Source: a plasmid
Strand: one strand, 5' to 3'
Sequence record: NZ_MK262712.1
Length of the DNA stretch: 64,000 nt
Below are positions 49,627 to 60,954 of the stretch, piece after piece. The position numbers and the translations under genes are program-made. Position 1 is the stretch's first letter. Each line of letters starts with the position of its first letter. A model generated the notes under the pieces. That model worked only from the letters and a program-made list of their open reading frames with translations. It was not told the origin of the DNA and ran no database searches.

Positions 49627-50313
49627 CTATCTTGACATATTCCGATTGAACACCTTCCGAATATCAGCGGCTATCAGCGGGATCTCATCTTTTTTCGTGA
49701 CGTAGGAGTGGGCATTCTGCTGCAGATGAAACTGGCAGCGTTGCCACAGAATTCCAGGGAAGACAGCATCGATTGCCGCGCGCAGTCCTGAGTGGTCATC
49801 ACTGGTGATCATTCGCAGGCCGTGCATCCCTCGTCGTACGAGACCCTCGAGAAAGGAACGCCAGTTTACCTCTGCCTCACTGTTCGCGACTTCGGCGTCA
49901 AGAATATGCCGATTCCCGCTGTAATCAACGCCAATAGCCACTAGAAGCGCCTGCTTGACCACATGGGAACCGACGCGAACCGATTCATAGGTCGCATCAA
50001 GTACCAAGTATTGAATCTGTCCGACAGGCTGCGCCTTCCAAGACGTAATCTCTTCATCGAGCTCCTTTGCCAGCCTGCTGACCTGGGACGAGCTGACTTC
50101 GGTGCCACAAAGAATTTCGACGATATCCGAGACCCTGCGGGTACTTACTCCTTTGACATACATTTCGGCGATGGCGAGCTTGAGAGCACGCTCACTGCGC
50201 ATGCCTTTCTCGATGCAGCTGGGATAAAACTCCATCCCGCGAACTTGTGGTACTTTCAAGAGGACTTTCCCGGTCGCAAGATTGAATATTGGATTATTTG
50301 GATTTACCAACAA
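49627..50313 (-). pseudogene. truncated IS256-family transposase (ΔIS440-like)
   Basis: 228 aa fragment with IS256-family mutator-type motifs (LVLDATYESVR...CQFHLQQN). Occupies the position IS440 takes in sul3 integrons. Confidence 0.55.
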
Positions 50314-50559
50314 ACACTACTATTTAGCTACGAAAACTCAAGAGAAGTACACAAAACCTTTTGGAAGTGATGGAAGTTTAAGTCCTCTTGATTATAGTGT
50401 AGGTATTGGAACAGGTTTAGAATTAGGACATTTCCAGTTTATGTTTGGCTATGATTACCCTCTTAGTAACAGTTCGAAAGATCCAGACCTAAGTCAAGTA
50501 CGCCAACACAACTTCAGAGCAAGTATAGCATATTCATTTAGAAAGCTAAAAAAATAAAA

Positions 50560-51351
50560 CTAACCTAGGGCTTTGGATATTTTCAAGGCATCTGATAAAG
50601 ACTTAACATCATGGGTGCGGAGATAATCTGCACCTTTTTTGTATGCATACATTTCTGCTGCAAGAGTTGGTGCTAAACGAGATTTCACATCGGTTCCAGT
50701 TATTTTACCTAAGAATGATTTCCGTGACACTGCAATCATTACTTGCAAATTAAAAGCTTCTTGAATTTCAGGGAAACGCTTCAAAACAAGAATAGATGTT
50801 TCTGGATTAGAGCCTAAAAAGAAGCCCATACCCGGATCAAGAATAATTCGTTCACGCTTTACACCAGCCTCAACTAAAGCAGCAATTCTTTCTTTAAAAA
50901 ATTCCATCATGGAAGTAAAAACCTCTTCCGGATTCGTTTCAACTTTAGTAGCTGCACCAATTCGCTGAACGGAGTGCATCAACACAAGTTTGCAATCTGA
51001 CTTTGCCAAGCCTGAATAAATCTCAGGATAAGGAAAACCTTGAATATCATTAATAAAATCAACCTATTGTTCTATGCAAAAACTCTGAACCTCAGGTTTA
51101 AATGTATCAACAGAAATAGAAATGCCTTTTTCTTTTAAAGCCTTAATGACAGGTTTGAGTCTTTTGATTTCTTCCACAACGCCCACTTCAGTTGTATCAG
51201 GATTACTGGAAGCGGCTCCCAAATCAATCACATCTGCTCCATCTTCAACCAAATGCAGAGCATGCTCAATTGCCTTATCTGTATCTAAATAAAGTCCTCC
51301 ATCGGAAAAACTATCGGTGGTTATATTTACGATTCCAAAAATCTTGCTCAT
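50560..51351 (-). pseudogene. sul3: sul3 dihydropteroate synthase gene with in-frame TAG at codon 96
   Basis: MSKIFGIVNITTDSFSDGG...FCIEQ* (TAG at 51064-51066), then the same frame continues VDFIN...KSDCKLVLMHSV...ISKALG. The two halves are colinear with a 263-aa DHPS. Confidence 0.7.
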
Positions 51352-51819
51352 ATCATTTTGCTTTGATTACAAAAGTAGCATTTATCTTAATTGACTAATT
51401 ATCACTTACGCAAATTGACACATTTTCCCTATCTTTGCAGCCTAATTTTTTTGTTTTAATTCATTATGAAAACTGATAGGAACTGTCATTTCGAGTTTTT
51501 CGCGGTTTTGGGTCAAAATTCGGTTTTTTCCCCGAACTACGACTGTTTTCGCACCCCGAACAACTAATCCAATCAGAATTTTCCGGCAACGCCGACTCCA
51601 AGAAGTGTAATTCCAGTCTATTTCTGCCGTCAACCCCTGATTCGCGTTAATGCGACAAAGCTCAAACACATAACTCCCCCACGAAGCCATATAAACTCCG
51701 ATTTCGAGGTGTTATCCTGTTCCGCATAAACTTCGTTTTTGGGTATTATACCTACACCAAAGCAAGAAGATTATGGGTCCAAACTTCATTTGTATATTTT
51801 GCAAACAAATATCTGCCTG

Positions 51820-52065
51820 TCATATCTGTCGGAGTGTGGTGATACTCCTTTGCATTAAAAATGCGCTGATAAAAGGTAGTTCAGCAAAAGGCGAAACGCC
51901 AATAAATATATCTATAACCGGTTTCGCCCGTTGATTGGGTATCGCCGTGCTTCCGATATGTTCAATGGCTACGGCATGAGAACCGAAAAAATGGAGCAAT
52001 TTTATTTTCTCTTCTTCAAAATTCTTTGTCCAATCCGGGTTATATTCCATAATTTCAATTTTCAT
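51820..52065 (-). pseudogene. GrpB/UPF0157-like nucleotidyltransferase fragment
   Basis: 81 aa (MKIEIMEYNPDWTKNFEEEKIKLL...HIGSTAIP). Likely a truncated gene. Confidence 0.3.
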
Positions 52066-52102
52066 GATAGTTTCGTCCTTGCCTCAAAAACCATGTTTGG
52101 TA

Positions 52103-52966
52103 TTATACTCCATATCTCTCCGGTGCAGGAATAGCCTTTTCTGATGCACGGCTAACAGCTTCCCATTCTTCCCAGGTAGCCATCCGTGCTTTTAAGGTAT
52201 CCATCGCCAAATCGTATACCATGCTGCCAAGGATAAGCCTCAAAGGCGGATTATTGCTGGCTACTAATTTCATAAGGGCTTCCGCTGCCAAGGAAGGATC
52301 ACTATCGACCGAATCTTCGGAATACTGTTTCGCCAGCTCATCGCGCAGTGTACCGTATGAATCTAATGGATTGCTGTAACTCATCGAAGTGTATAAATCT
52401 GTCCAATATCCTCCTGGTTCCACCATAGTGAGTTTCACTCCGAAATGTTCCGCTTCTTTTGCTAAGGCTTCACTCATTCCTTCCAGCGCAAATTTACTTG
52501 CACTGTAAATACCAGACATCGGACCCGAGATAATAGCGCCAATGCTTGTAATCTGTATGATATGTCCAGAACGCTGCGACCTCAAATAGGGCATCACTGC
52601 CTGACAAACCCAAAGAGCTCCAAAAAAGTTTGTGTCCATTAGTTTCCGAGCATCGGATTCGTTTAGTTCTTCAATCATACCCATAGTCATGATACCCGCA
52701 TTATTAACAACAATATCAAGCCTACCGAAATGTTTAACTGCTGTTTCAACCGTAGAAAAAACAGCCTCCCTATCTGTAACATCGAGGTTTAATGGCAGTA
52801 AGCTCTCTTGATATGTTTCTTCTAGCTTCGCCAAATTATCGATAGTCCTTGCAACTGCAACAACTTTATCCCCGGCTTTCAAGGCGGCGCATGTAAAAGC
52901 ATAGCCAAGCCCCTTGCTTGCTCCGGTAATAAACCATACTCTTTTATTTTCGCTATTAGGTATCAT
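52103..52966 (-). CDS. short-chain dehydrogenase/reductase (SDR) family oxidoreductase
   Basis: TGASKGLG Rossmann motif and YSASK catalytic tetrad. Confidence 0.6.
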   Translation of the reverse strand: MIPNSENKRVWFITGASKGLGYAFTCAALKAGDKVVAVARTIDNLAKLEETYQESLLPLNLDVTDREAVFSTVETAVKHFGRLDIVVNNAGIMTMGMIEELNESDARKLMDTNFFGALWVCQAVMPYLRSQRSGHIIQITSIGAIISGPMSGIYSASKFALEGMSEALAKEAEHFGVKLTMVEPGGYWTDLYTSMSYSNPLDSYGTLRDELAKQYSEDSVDSDPSLAAEALMKLVASNNPPLRLILGSMVYDLAMDTLKARMATWEEWEAVSRASEKAIPAPERYGV

Positions 52967-53111
52967 AGATATTCTCCTTTAGGCTATTATAGAAAGATTA
53001 TTATAAGCGAAATTAATACCGTTAAACGCCATGAGCCCGACAATTTTGAGCACTTTGTTTTGTACTCCCAGAAGCTCACCACTACAAATTATCATCAACC
53101 CGGTCCTTTTT

Positions 53112-53371
53112 TCAGTCCACTTGCGGTTTCATTGTTACTTTGTCATAGCGTCGTGTCAGAATGCGGCAGAGAACAGCGTTTACTATCAACGCAACACCAG
53201 ACCAGAAAAACCATGTATTAACACCTATAACCTCAACAACCGGACCTGCAACAAGTAAGCCTATCGGCATAGAAAGAGTCATGGCGGTCATCAAAAGGGA
53301 AAACACCTTGCCCATCATTTCAGGGGCAATGCTTTCTTGAACATAAGCCATAACAGGAACATTCATAAATG
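53112..53371 (-). pseudogene. 3' remnant of an MFS efflux gene (Δmef(B)-like), truncated by IS26
   Basis: About 85 aa of hydrophobic C-terminus. The apparent Met (MQQCP) is read from the IS26 inverted repeat. Confidence 0.45.
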
Positions 53372-54191
53372 GGCACTGTTGCAAAGTTAGCGATGAGGCA
53401 GCCTTTTGTCTTATTCAAAGGCCTTACATTTCAAAAACTCTGCTTACCAGGCGCATTTCGCCCAGGGGATCACCATAATAAAATGCTGAGGCCTGGCCTT
53501 TGCGTAGTGCACGCATCACCTCAATACCTTTGATGGTGGCGTAAGCCGTCTTCATGGATTTAAATCCCAGCGTGGCGTTGATTATCCGTTTCAGTTTGCC
53601 ATGATCGCATTCAATCACGTTGTTCCGGTACTTAATCTGTCGGTGTTCAACGTCAGACGGGCACCGGCCTTCGCGTTTGAGCAGAGCAAGCGCGCGACCA
53701 TAGGCGGGCGCTTTATCCGTGTTGATGAATCGTGGGATCTGCCACTTCTTCACGTTGTTGAGGATTTTACCCAGAAACCGGTATGCAGCTTTGCTGTTAC
53801 GACGGGAGGAGAGATAAAAATCGACAGTGCGGCCCCGGCTGTCGACGGCCCGGTACAGATACGCCCAGCGGCCATTGACCTTCACGTAGGTTTCATCCAT
53901 GTGCCACGGGCAAAGATCGGAAGGGTTACGCCAGTACCAGCGCAGCCGTTTTTCCATTTCAGGCGCATAACGCTGAACCCAGCGGTAAATCGTGGAGTGA
54001 TCGACATTCACTCCGCGTTCAGCCAGCATCTCCTGCAGCTCACGGTAACTGATGCCGTATTTGCAGTACCAGCGTACGGCCCACAGAATGATGTCACGCT
54101 GAAAATGCCGGCCTTTGAATGGGTTCATGTGCAGCTCCATCAGCAAAAGGGGATGATAAGTTTATCACCACCGACTATTTGCAACAGTGCC
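53372..54191. mobile_element. IS26 (copy 1, 820 bp; encodes the Tnp26 G184N 'IS26-v1' variant)
   Basis: 14-bp IRs GGCACTGTTGCAAA at both ends. The transposase reads KRIINATLGF. Confidence 0.9.
53424..54128 (-). CDS. tnp26: IS26 transposase Tnp26 (G184N variant)
   Basis: [34 protein letters not shown]... 234 aa with N at position 184. Confidence 0.9.
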   Translation of the reverse strand: MNPFKGRHFQRDIILWAVRWYCKYGISYRELQEMLAERGVNVDHSTIYRWVQRYAPEMEKRLRWYWRNPSDLCPWHMDETYVKVNGRWAYLYRAVDSRGRTVDFYLSSRRNSKAAYRFLGKILNNVKKWQIPRFINTDKAPAYGRALALLKREGRCPSDVEHRQIKYRNNVIECDHGKLKRIINATLGFKSMKTAYATIKGIEVMRALRKGQASAFYYGDPLGEMRLVSRVFEM

Positions 54192-54241
54192 GTTGATCGT
54201 GCTATGATCGACTGATGTCATCAGCGGTGGAGTGCAATGTC

Positions 54242-55018
54242 GTGCAATACGAATGGCGAAAAGCCGAGCTCATCGGTCAGCTTCTCAACCTTGGGGTTAC
54301 CCCCGGCGGTGTGCTGCTGGTCCACAGCTCCTTCCGTAGCGTCCGGCCCCTCGAAGATGGGCCACTTGGACTGATCGAGGCCCTGCGTGCTGCGCTGGGT
54401 CCGGGAGGGACGCTCGTCATGCCCTCGTGGTCAGGTCTGGACGACGAGCCGTTCGATCCTGCCACGTCGCCCGTTACACCGGACCTTGGAGTTGTCTCTG
54501 ACACATTCTGGCGCCTGCCAAATGTAAAGCGCAGCGCCCATCCATTTGCCTTTGCGGCAGCGGGGCCACAGGCAGAGCAGATCATCTCTGATCCATTGCC
54601 CCTGCCACCTCACTCGCCTGCAAGCCCGGTCGCCCGTGTCCATGAACTCGATGGGCAGGTACTTCTCCTCGGCGTGGGACACGATGCCAACACGACGCTG
54701 CATCTTGCCGAGTTGATGGCAAAGGTTCCCTATGGGGTGCCGAGACACTGCACCATTCTTCAGGATGGCAAGTTGGTACGCGTCGATTATCTCGAGAATG
54801 ACCACTGCTGTGAGCGCTTTGCCTTGGCGGACAGGTGGCTCAAGGAGAAGAGCCTTCAGAAGGAAGGTCCAGTCGGTCATGCCTTTGCTCGGTTGATCCG
54901 CTCCCGCGACATTGTGGCGACAGCCCTGGGTCAACTGGGCCGAGATCCGTTGATCTTCCTGCATCCGCCAGAGGCGGGATGCGAAGAATGCGATGCCGCT
55001 CGCCAGTCGATTGGCTGA
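54242..55018 (+). CDS. aac(3)-IVa: aminoglycoside 3-N-acetyltransferase AAC(3)-IV (apramycin/gentamicin)
   Basis: V/MQYEWRKAELIGQLLNLGVTPGGVLLVHSSFRSV... 258 aa. Confidence 0.85.
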   Translation: MQYEWRKAELIGQLLNLGVTPGGVLLVHSSFRSVRPLEDGPLGLIEALRAALGPGGTLVMPSWSGLDDEPFDPATSPVTPDLGVVSDTFWRLPNVKRSAHPFAFAAAGPQAEQIISDPLPLPPHSPASPVARVHELDGQVLLLGVGHDANTTLHLAELMAKVPYGVPRHCTILQDGKLVRVDYLENDHCCERFALADRWLKEKSLQKEGPVGHAFARLIRSRDIVATALGQLGRDPLIFLHPPEAGCEECDAARQSIG

Positions 55019-55246
55019 GCTCATGAGCGGAGAACGAGATGACGTTGGAGGGGCAAGGTCGCGCTGATTGCTGGGGCAACACGTGGAGCGGATCGGGGAT
55101 TGTCTTTCTTCAGCTCGCTGATGATATGCTGACGCTCAATGCCGTTTGGCCTCCGACTAACGAAAATCCCGCATTTGGACGGCTGATCCGATTGGCACGG
55201 CGGACGGCGAATGGCGGAGCAGACGCTCGTCCGGGGGCAATGAGAT

Positions 55247-56272
55247 ATGAAAAAGCCTGAACTCACCGCGACGTCTGTCGAGAAGTTTCTGATCGAAAAG
55301 TTCGACAGCGTCTCCGACCTGATGCAGCTCTCGGAGGGCGAAGAATCTCGTGCTTTCAGCTTCGATGTAGGAGGGCGTGGATATGTCCTGCGGGTAAATA
55401 GCTGCGCCGATGGTTTCTACAAAGATCGTTATGTTTATCGGCACTTTGCATCGGCCGCGCTCCCGATTCCGGAAGTGCTTGACATTGGGGAATTCAGCGA
55501 GAGCCTGACCTATTGCATCTCCCGCCGTGCACAGGGTGTCACGTTGCAAGACCTGCCTGAAACCGAACTGCCCGCTGTTCTGCAGCCGGTCGCGGAGGCC
55601 ATGGATGCGATCGCTGCGGCCGATCTTAGCCAGACGAGCGGGTTCGGCCCATTCGGACCGCAAGGAATCGGTCAATACACTACATGGCGTGATTTCATAT
55701 GCGCGATTGCTGATCCCCATGTGTATCACTGGCAAACTGTGATGGACGACACCGTCAGTGCGTCCGTCGCGCAGGCTCTCGATGAGCTGATGCTTTGGGC
55801 CGAGGACTGCCCCGAAGTCCGGCACCTCGTGCACGCGGATTTCGGCTCCAACAATGTCCTGACGGACAATGGCCGCATAACAGCGGTCATTGACTGGAGC
55901 GAGGCGATGTTCGGGGATTCCCAATACGAGGTCGCCAACATCTTCTTCTGGAGGCCGTGGTTGGCTTGTATGGAGCAGCAGACGCGCTACTTCGAGCGGA
56001 GGCATCCGGAGCTTGCAGGATCGCCGCGGCTCCGGGCGTATATGCTCCGCATTGGTCTTGACCAACTCTATCAGAGCTTGGTTGACGGCAATTTCGATGA
56101 TGCAGCTTGGGCGCAGGGTCGATGCGACGCAATCGTCCGATCCGGAGCCGGGACTGTCGGGCGTACACAAATCGCCCGCAGAAGCGCGGCCGTCTGGACC
56201 GATGGCTGTGTAGAAGTACTCGCCGATAGTGGAAACCGACGCCCCAGCACTCGTCCGAGGGCAAAGGAATAG
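55247..56272 (+). CDS. aph(4)-Ia: hygromycin B phosphotransferase APH(4)-Ia
   Basis: MKKPELTATSVEKFLIEKFDSVSDLMQLSEGEESRAFSFDVGGRGYVLRVNSCADGFYKDRYVYRHF... 341 aa. Confidence 0.85.
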   Translation: MKKPELTATSVEKFLIEKFDSVSDLMQLSEGEESRAFSFDVGGRGYVLRVNSCADGFYKDRYVYRHFASAALPIPEVLDIGEFSESLTYCISRRAQGVTLQDLPETELPAVLQPVAEAMDAIAAADLSQTSGFGPFGPQGIGQYTTWRDFICAIADPHVYHWQTVMDDTVSASVAQALDELMLWAEDCPEVRHLVHADFGSNNVLTDNGRITAVIDWSEAMFGDSQYEVANIFFWRPWLACMEQQTRYFERRHPELAGSPRLRAYMLRIGLDQLYQSLVDGNFDDAAWAQGRCDAIVRSGAGTVGRTQIARRSAAVWTDGCVEVLADSGNRRPSTRPRAKE

Positions 56273-56277
56273 AGTAG

Positions 56278-56690
56278 ATGCCGACCGAACAAGAGCTGAT
56301 TTCGAGAACGCCTCAGCCAGCAACTCGCGCGAGCCTAGCAAGGCAAATGCGAGAGAACGGCCTTACGCTTGGTGGCACAGTTCTCGTCCACAGTTCGCTA
56401 AGCTCGCTCGGCTGGGTCGCGGGAGGGCCGGTCGCAGTGATTCAGGCCCTTCTGGATTGTGTTGGTCCCCAGGGCACGATTGTCATGCCCACGCACTCGG
56501 GTGATCTGACTGATCCCGCAGATTGGAGATCGCCGCCCGTGCCTGCCGATTGGGTGCAGATCTTGCGCAACGAGATGCCGGCATACGATCCGCAAACCAC
56601 ACCAACTCGGAACATGGGTGCAGTGGCTGAATTGTTCCGGGCGTGTCGCAAACACTTTTGGAGGCAGCTATCACCCAGCCAAGGCCGGTA
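56278..56690 (+). pseudogene. 5' fragment of an aac(3)-family acetyltransferase gene, truncated by an IS6-family element
   Basis: LVHSSLSSLGWVAGGPVAVIQALLDCVGPQGTIVMPTHSGDLTDPADW is an AAC(3)-like N-terminus. The reading frame runs into the IS. Confidence 0.45.
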
Positions 56691-56693
56691 TTT

Positions 56694-57476
56694 TCATGCT
56701 TTGTTAACCTTTTGCAGTCCGAAGAGGCGCGCAAGCAAATCATTCTGGTCATTGACGGTCCAGCCGCCTGAAAAGCCAAAGCCCTTCCGCAGCCACAGCA
56801 TCGCCTCGAAACCCGCGATGGTTCGCCGCGCCGTGTTAAAGGATTGGAAACCGCCGATCTTCGGCATGTTCTTCTTCACCCGGAAATGGTCGCTCTCAAT
56901 CCCCTGCTGGAGATGTTTGGTCACATAATGCACGGGATCGGGATGGAGAAGCCCATCATCAACCGACGTTTTGATCGTTGACGGGAAGGTGTTGGCCCCG
57001 TCCGTCCCAATCCTGTTCGGCGACAACAAGGGTTCATCTTTAAGCATCTTTCGGAAGAACCGCTTGGCAGCGTCGAGATCGCGCTTAGCGGTCAGCAGGA
57101 AATCCACCGGATTGCCATGCTTATCGATGGCTCGGTACAGATAGCGCCATTTGCCGCGGATCTTGACATAGGTCTCATCAATCCGGACCGAGCCGCAATG
57201 GGGTCGACGAAACTGCCGCAGCCGTTTCTCGATGACAGGTGCATAAGCCAATACCCAGCGGTTGATCGTGCTATGATCGACCTCGAAGCCCCGCTCGCGA
57301 AACATCTCTTCCAAGTCACGATAGCTGAGCGGGTAGCGCAAGTACCAGGCAACCGCCTGTACAATCAGCCAGGCCTCGAAATGCCTGCCCTTGAAATCAT
57401 CCTTCGACTGGCGCTTCAGCTTTTCGGCAATGGTATTCAAAATCATCGGCTCGCTCCGCAATATCAGGAGCGGCAA
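56694..57476 (-). CDS. IS6-family transposase (distinct from Tnp26; ISEc59-like)
   Basis: About 250 aa. It matches Tnp26 only in patches (DHSTI.RWV..YAP; DETYVK; DFLLT), so it is a divergent IS6-family transposase. Confidence 0.6.
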   Translation of the reverse strand: MPLLILRSEPMILNTIAEKLKRQSKDDFKGRHFEAWLIVQAVAWYLRYPLSYRDLEEMFRERGFEVDHSTINRWVLAYAPVIEKRLRQFRRPHCGSVRIDETYVKIRGKWRYLYRAIDKHGNPVDFLLTAKRDLDAAKRFFRKMLKDEPLLSPNRIGTDGANTFPSTIKTSVDDGLLHPDPVHYVTKHLQQGIESDHFRVKKNMPKIGGFQSFNTARRTIAGFEAMLWLRKGFGFSGGWTVNDQNDLLARLFGLQKVNKA

Positions 57477-57509
57477 CTTCTCTCCCCATGGTCAACATCG
57501 AGTTAACCT

Positions 57510-59031
57510 GAAGAATTTGCGACAAGGCCATGCGTTCCGCTCCGGAGATGTCTGGCTTACTAGGTCCCGGCGCTATGGCGATCTGAAACACGCACTCGTT
57601 CCGGCACAATCCATCGCGGAAGGCGGTCGTCTCGCTGTGCCATTGCGGCCGGAGGAATGGCTGGCAGACCGGCAAGCTCGCCTCGACATGCGGTTGCGCG
57701 AGCTTGGCCGTGCCGCTCGCGCAGGCACGATCCCGGGCGGGTCGATTGAAAACGGCGTTCTGCATATCGAGAAACTCGAAGCCGCCGCGCCGACAGGCGC
57801 CGAAGATCTGGTGCTCGATCTCTACAAGCAGATCCCGCCCACGCGCATCACCGATCTCCTGCTGGAGGTGGATGCGGCGACCGGCTTCACCGAAGCGTTC
57901 ACCCATCTGCGCACAGGAGCACCCTGCGCTGACCGGATCGGGCTAATGAACGTTATCTTGGCGGAAGGGATCAACCTCGGCTTGCGCAAAATGGCGGATG
58001 CGACAAACACCCACACCTTCTGGGAATTGATCCGCATTGGACGGTGGCATGTCGAGGGCGAAGCCTATGACCGGGCGCTGGCCATGGTGGTCGAGGCACA
58101 GGCAGCGTTACCCATGGCCCGGTTCTGGGGCATGGGCACGTCGGCTTCGAGCGACGGACAGTTCTTCGTCGCTACAGAGCAAGGTGAGGCCATGAACCTG
58201 GTCAACGCGAAATATGGCAATACCCCGGGCCTGAAAGCCTATAGCCACGTCTCCGACCAATATGCGCCGTTCGCAACCCAGGTGATTCCTGCAACGGCAA
58301 GCGAAGCGCCTTACATCCTCGATGGCCTGCTGATGAACGATGCTGGACGCCATATCCGCGAGCAGTTCACCGACACGGGCGGCTTCACCGATCACGTCTT
58401 TGCCGCATGTGCCATTCTCGGCTACCGGTTCGCTCCGCGCATCCGCGACCTGCCATCCAAACGGCTCTACGCGTTCAATCCGTCGGCCGCCCCGGCGCAC
58501 CTGCGAGCGTTGATCGGCGGAAAGGTCAACCAAGCCATGATCGAGCGCAATTGGCCCGACATCCTGCGCATCGCCGCCACCATTGCTGCCGGGACCGTCG
58601 CGCCAAGCCAGATTCTGCGGAAACTCGCCTCCTATCCGCGGCAGAACGAGCTCGCGACAGCCCTGCGGGAAGTCGGTCGCGTCGAGCGCACCCTGTTCAT
58701 GATCGACTGGATTCTGGATGCCGAACTCCAACGGCGTGCCCAGATCGGGCTCAACAAAGGCGAAGCTCATCATGCGCTGAAGCGGGCAATCAGCTTCCAC
58801 CGCCGCGGTGAAATCCGCGACCGTTCCGCCGAAGGCCAGCATTACCGCATCGCCGGCATGAATCTGCTCGCCGCCATCATCATCTTCTGGAACACCATGA
58901 AGCTCGGCGAGGTCGTTGCAAACCAGAAACGCGATGGAAAGCTGCTATCGCCCGATCTCTTGGCCCATGTTTCGCCGCTCGGATGGGAACACATCAATCT
59001 CACCGGAGAATATCGCTGGCCAAAGCCTTAG
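57510..59031 (+). pseudogene. tnpA: 5'-truncated Tn3-family transposase gene (C-terminal about 500 aa)
   Basis: The C-terminal half aligns with the Tn21-family TnpA in this window (…SYPRQNELATALREVGRVERTLFMIDW…[16 protein letters not shown]). The N-terminus is missing at the IS6 element boundary. Confidence 0.6.
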
Positions 59032-59064
59032 CGTAGGATTCCGCCCCCTCCCGCAAACGACCCC
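59027..59064. mobile_element. 38-bp terminal IR of the truncated Tn3-family transposon
   Basis: cttagcgtaggattccgccccctcccgcaaacgacccc (GGGG...TAAG on the other strand). The tnpA stop lies inside it. Confidence 0.6.
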
Positions 59065-59096
59065 TTGGTGGTCAGTCGTGGCGCTGACCTTCATCG

Positions 59097-59588
59097 TTAA
59101 AGGGAAATGCCGCCGCCCTTCGAGGCGCTGCGCTGCTGCTGTTGCGCCAGACTGGCGGCTTGGCCGGGCCGGGCGGTGCCCTTCCCGTTCACATAGCCGA
59201 CCGTGTAGGTGCGACCGGCAACGATCTGGTCGCCCTTGGCTTCCAGATCGGCAAAGGCCGAGCGCGAATGCTCGACAATGCCCTTGCCGGAAAGCTGGTA
59301 GACCGCCTTGCTATCGACGTGCAGAACCTGCCCGGTGTAGGCGGATTCCTTGCCATCCTTGCCGGTGTCCGGCTTGGTGGCTTCGGCCAGTTGGTAGATG
59401 CCCTTGGGCAGTCCGTTTTCCGGCAGAACCTTGATAGTCATCCACTCGCCTTTCACCACCTGGTCGAGCTGGCGACTACCGTTCAGGACGCAGACCTTGC
59501 GCGAGCCTTCCGGCATCATCTTCGGCGCTGGCCCGGTCGGGTTCAGGCTGTTAGGGGTGCTTGCCATACGTTTCGTACTCCTGTCCAT
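59097..59588 (-). CDS. hypothetical protein (163 aa) downstream of the trbI-like gene
   Basis: Intact ORF adjacent to the conjugation gene fragment. Confidence 0.3.
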   Translation of the reverse strand: MDRSTKRMASTPNSLNPTGPAPKMMPEGSRKVCVLNGSRQLDQVVKGEWMTIKVLPENGLPKGIYQLAEATKPDTGKDGKESAYTGQVLHVDSKAVYQLSGKGIVEHSRSAFADLEAKGDQIVAGRTYTVGYVNGKGTARPGQAASLAQQQQRSASKGGGISL

Positions 59589-59628
59589 TGCAGTGAAAAA
59601 AGCGGCCGCGAACGGCCGCCGGTAGTCA

Positions 59629-60954
59629 TCAATTGCAGCCCTTGCCGGTGCTTCCGGCCATCGGGTGGCCTTCCCACGTCGGCAGGATAATGTCCTTCGT
59701 CACCATGATGTTGAACTCGTAGCCCGGACGGATTTCGAGCGTCGGCTGAATGTTCATGTTGCGTTGGGCCATCTGCATACCAATCTGCCCCATCTGCTGA
59801 CCCAGCGACCCGGCGATGATTTGCGAGCTGCTGTAGTTCTCGCCGTTGCTGGCCTGCGGCTGCGAAAGCTGGATGCCTGCGGAGAAGACCGAAAGCAGCA
59901 AGCCACTGCCGAAGATGCGCAGATAATGGTTGTTCACCTTGTCATTGAACCCAGCATAGCCGCCCACATCAGCGCCCGGCATGTTGTCAATCGAGATCGA
60001 AGAACCATCCGGGTAGATGATGCGCCGCCAGACCGCGAGCGCCCGCTGCTGGCCGAGGGTTACGCCGCTGTCGTAGGTGCCAACCAAACGCGAACCCGGC
60101 GGGATCAGGCATTGCGTGCTGGTCGCGCTGTCGTACACCGCTTCGCGCACCTGCCCGATGATTTGGCCCGGCAGATCGGAGTTGATACCGGAAATCATCA
60201 CGCCGGGGATAACCCAACCGGCTTTGATTTCCTGCGACGGAGCGACGGCCCCCTTGCGCTGGCGAGCCAGATAAACCTCAGCTTCTGGCGTACCTGCGAG
60301 GAACGCTTGCTTGCGATCCTGCTGGTTTTCGGCCGCCATGCTGTTGCCACCCATACCGCCGCCGCCCAAGCCCGGCATACCGCCGCCCATGCCGCCCATA
60401 CCTGCGGCCTGACCGTTCGCGGCCAAGTAGCGGTTCATCAGCTCGTCGGCGTTGACGCGGTTCCCGCCTGCTTGCTGCATGGCCACCTGCTGGGTGCCGC
60501 CGTTCTGGCCGCCCTTGGTCGTGAAGCCCTGCACCGAAGCGTCACCGTTCAGGGCTTCGTCCCACTTGGCCAGCCGTTTGTCTTCGGCCTGCTGAATCTG
60601 CCGCAACCGGCGTTGCATGGCCTCAGAGGGCGCGGCCGGGGCCGCCTTCTGCTGGGCTTCGGTCGGCTGGCCGCCGGTTTCGACCGGCTGCGCCGTGTCC
60701 GTGGGCATCTGCGGCTGACCTGCCGGGGGCACGTAGTCGTTGCCGTCCGGCCGAACAGGGGGGGCCGCTACCGTCGCCACTGGTGGCCCGTCGCCTTCGG
60801 CCTTGGGGGCAACCTGCGCCGCCTGCCGCTGGAAAAACGTGTAGCTAACGCCAGCCACAGCGAGCAGGATCACGCCACCGACCACGAACAACGGTTTGTT
60901 GTTCAGGCGGCGAACCCCCTTCCCTCTTTTTGGTGTCGCCAGATAGTCGGGCGG
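59629..60954 (-). pseudogene. trbI: trbI/virB10-family conjugal transfer gene, 5' end removed by IS26
   Basis: N-terminal TM segment, a Pro/Gln/Gly-rich linker, and a VirB10 C-terminal domain (VIPGVMISGINSDLPGQIIGQVRE...). The annotated Met is read from the IS26 inverted repeat. Confidence 0.6.

Noticed and set aside
57391-57509. N-terminal 40 codons of the 546-aa ORF (MKSSFDWRFSF…)
   Set aside because: They overlap the IS6-family transposase gene on the other strand and lie inside that IS. The real tnpA homology starts after the IS boundary.
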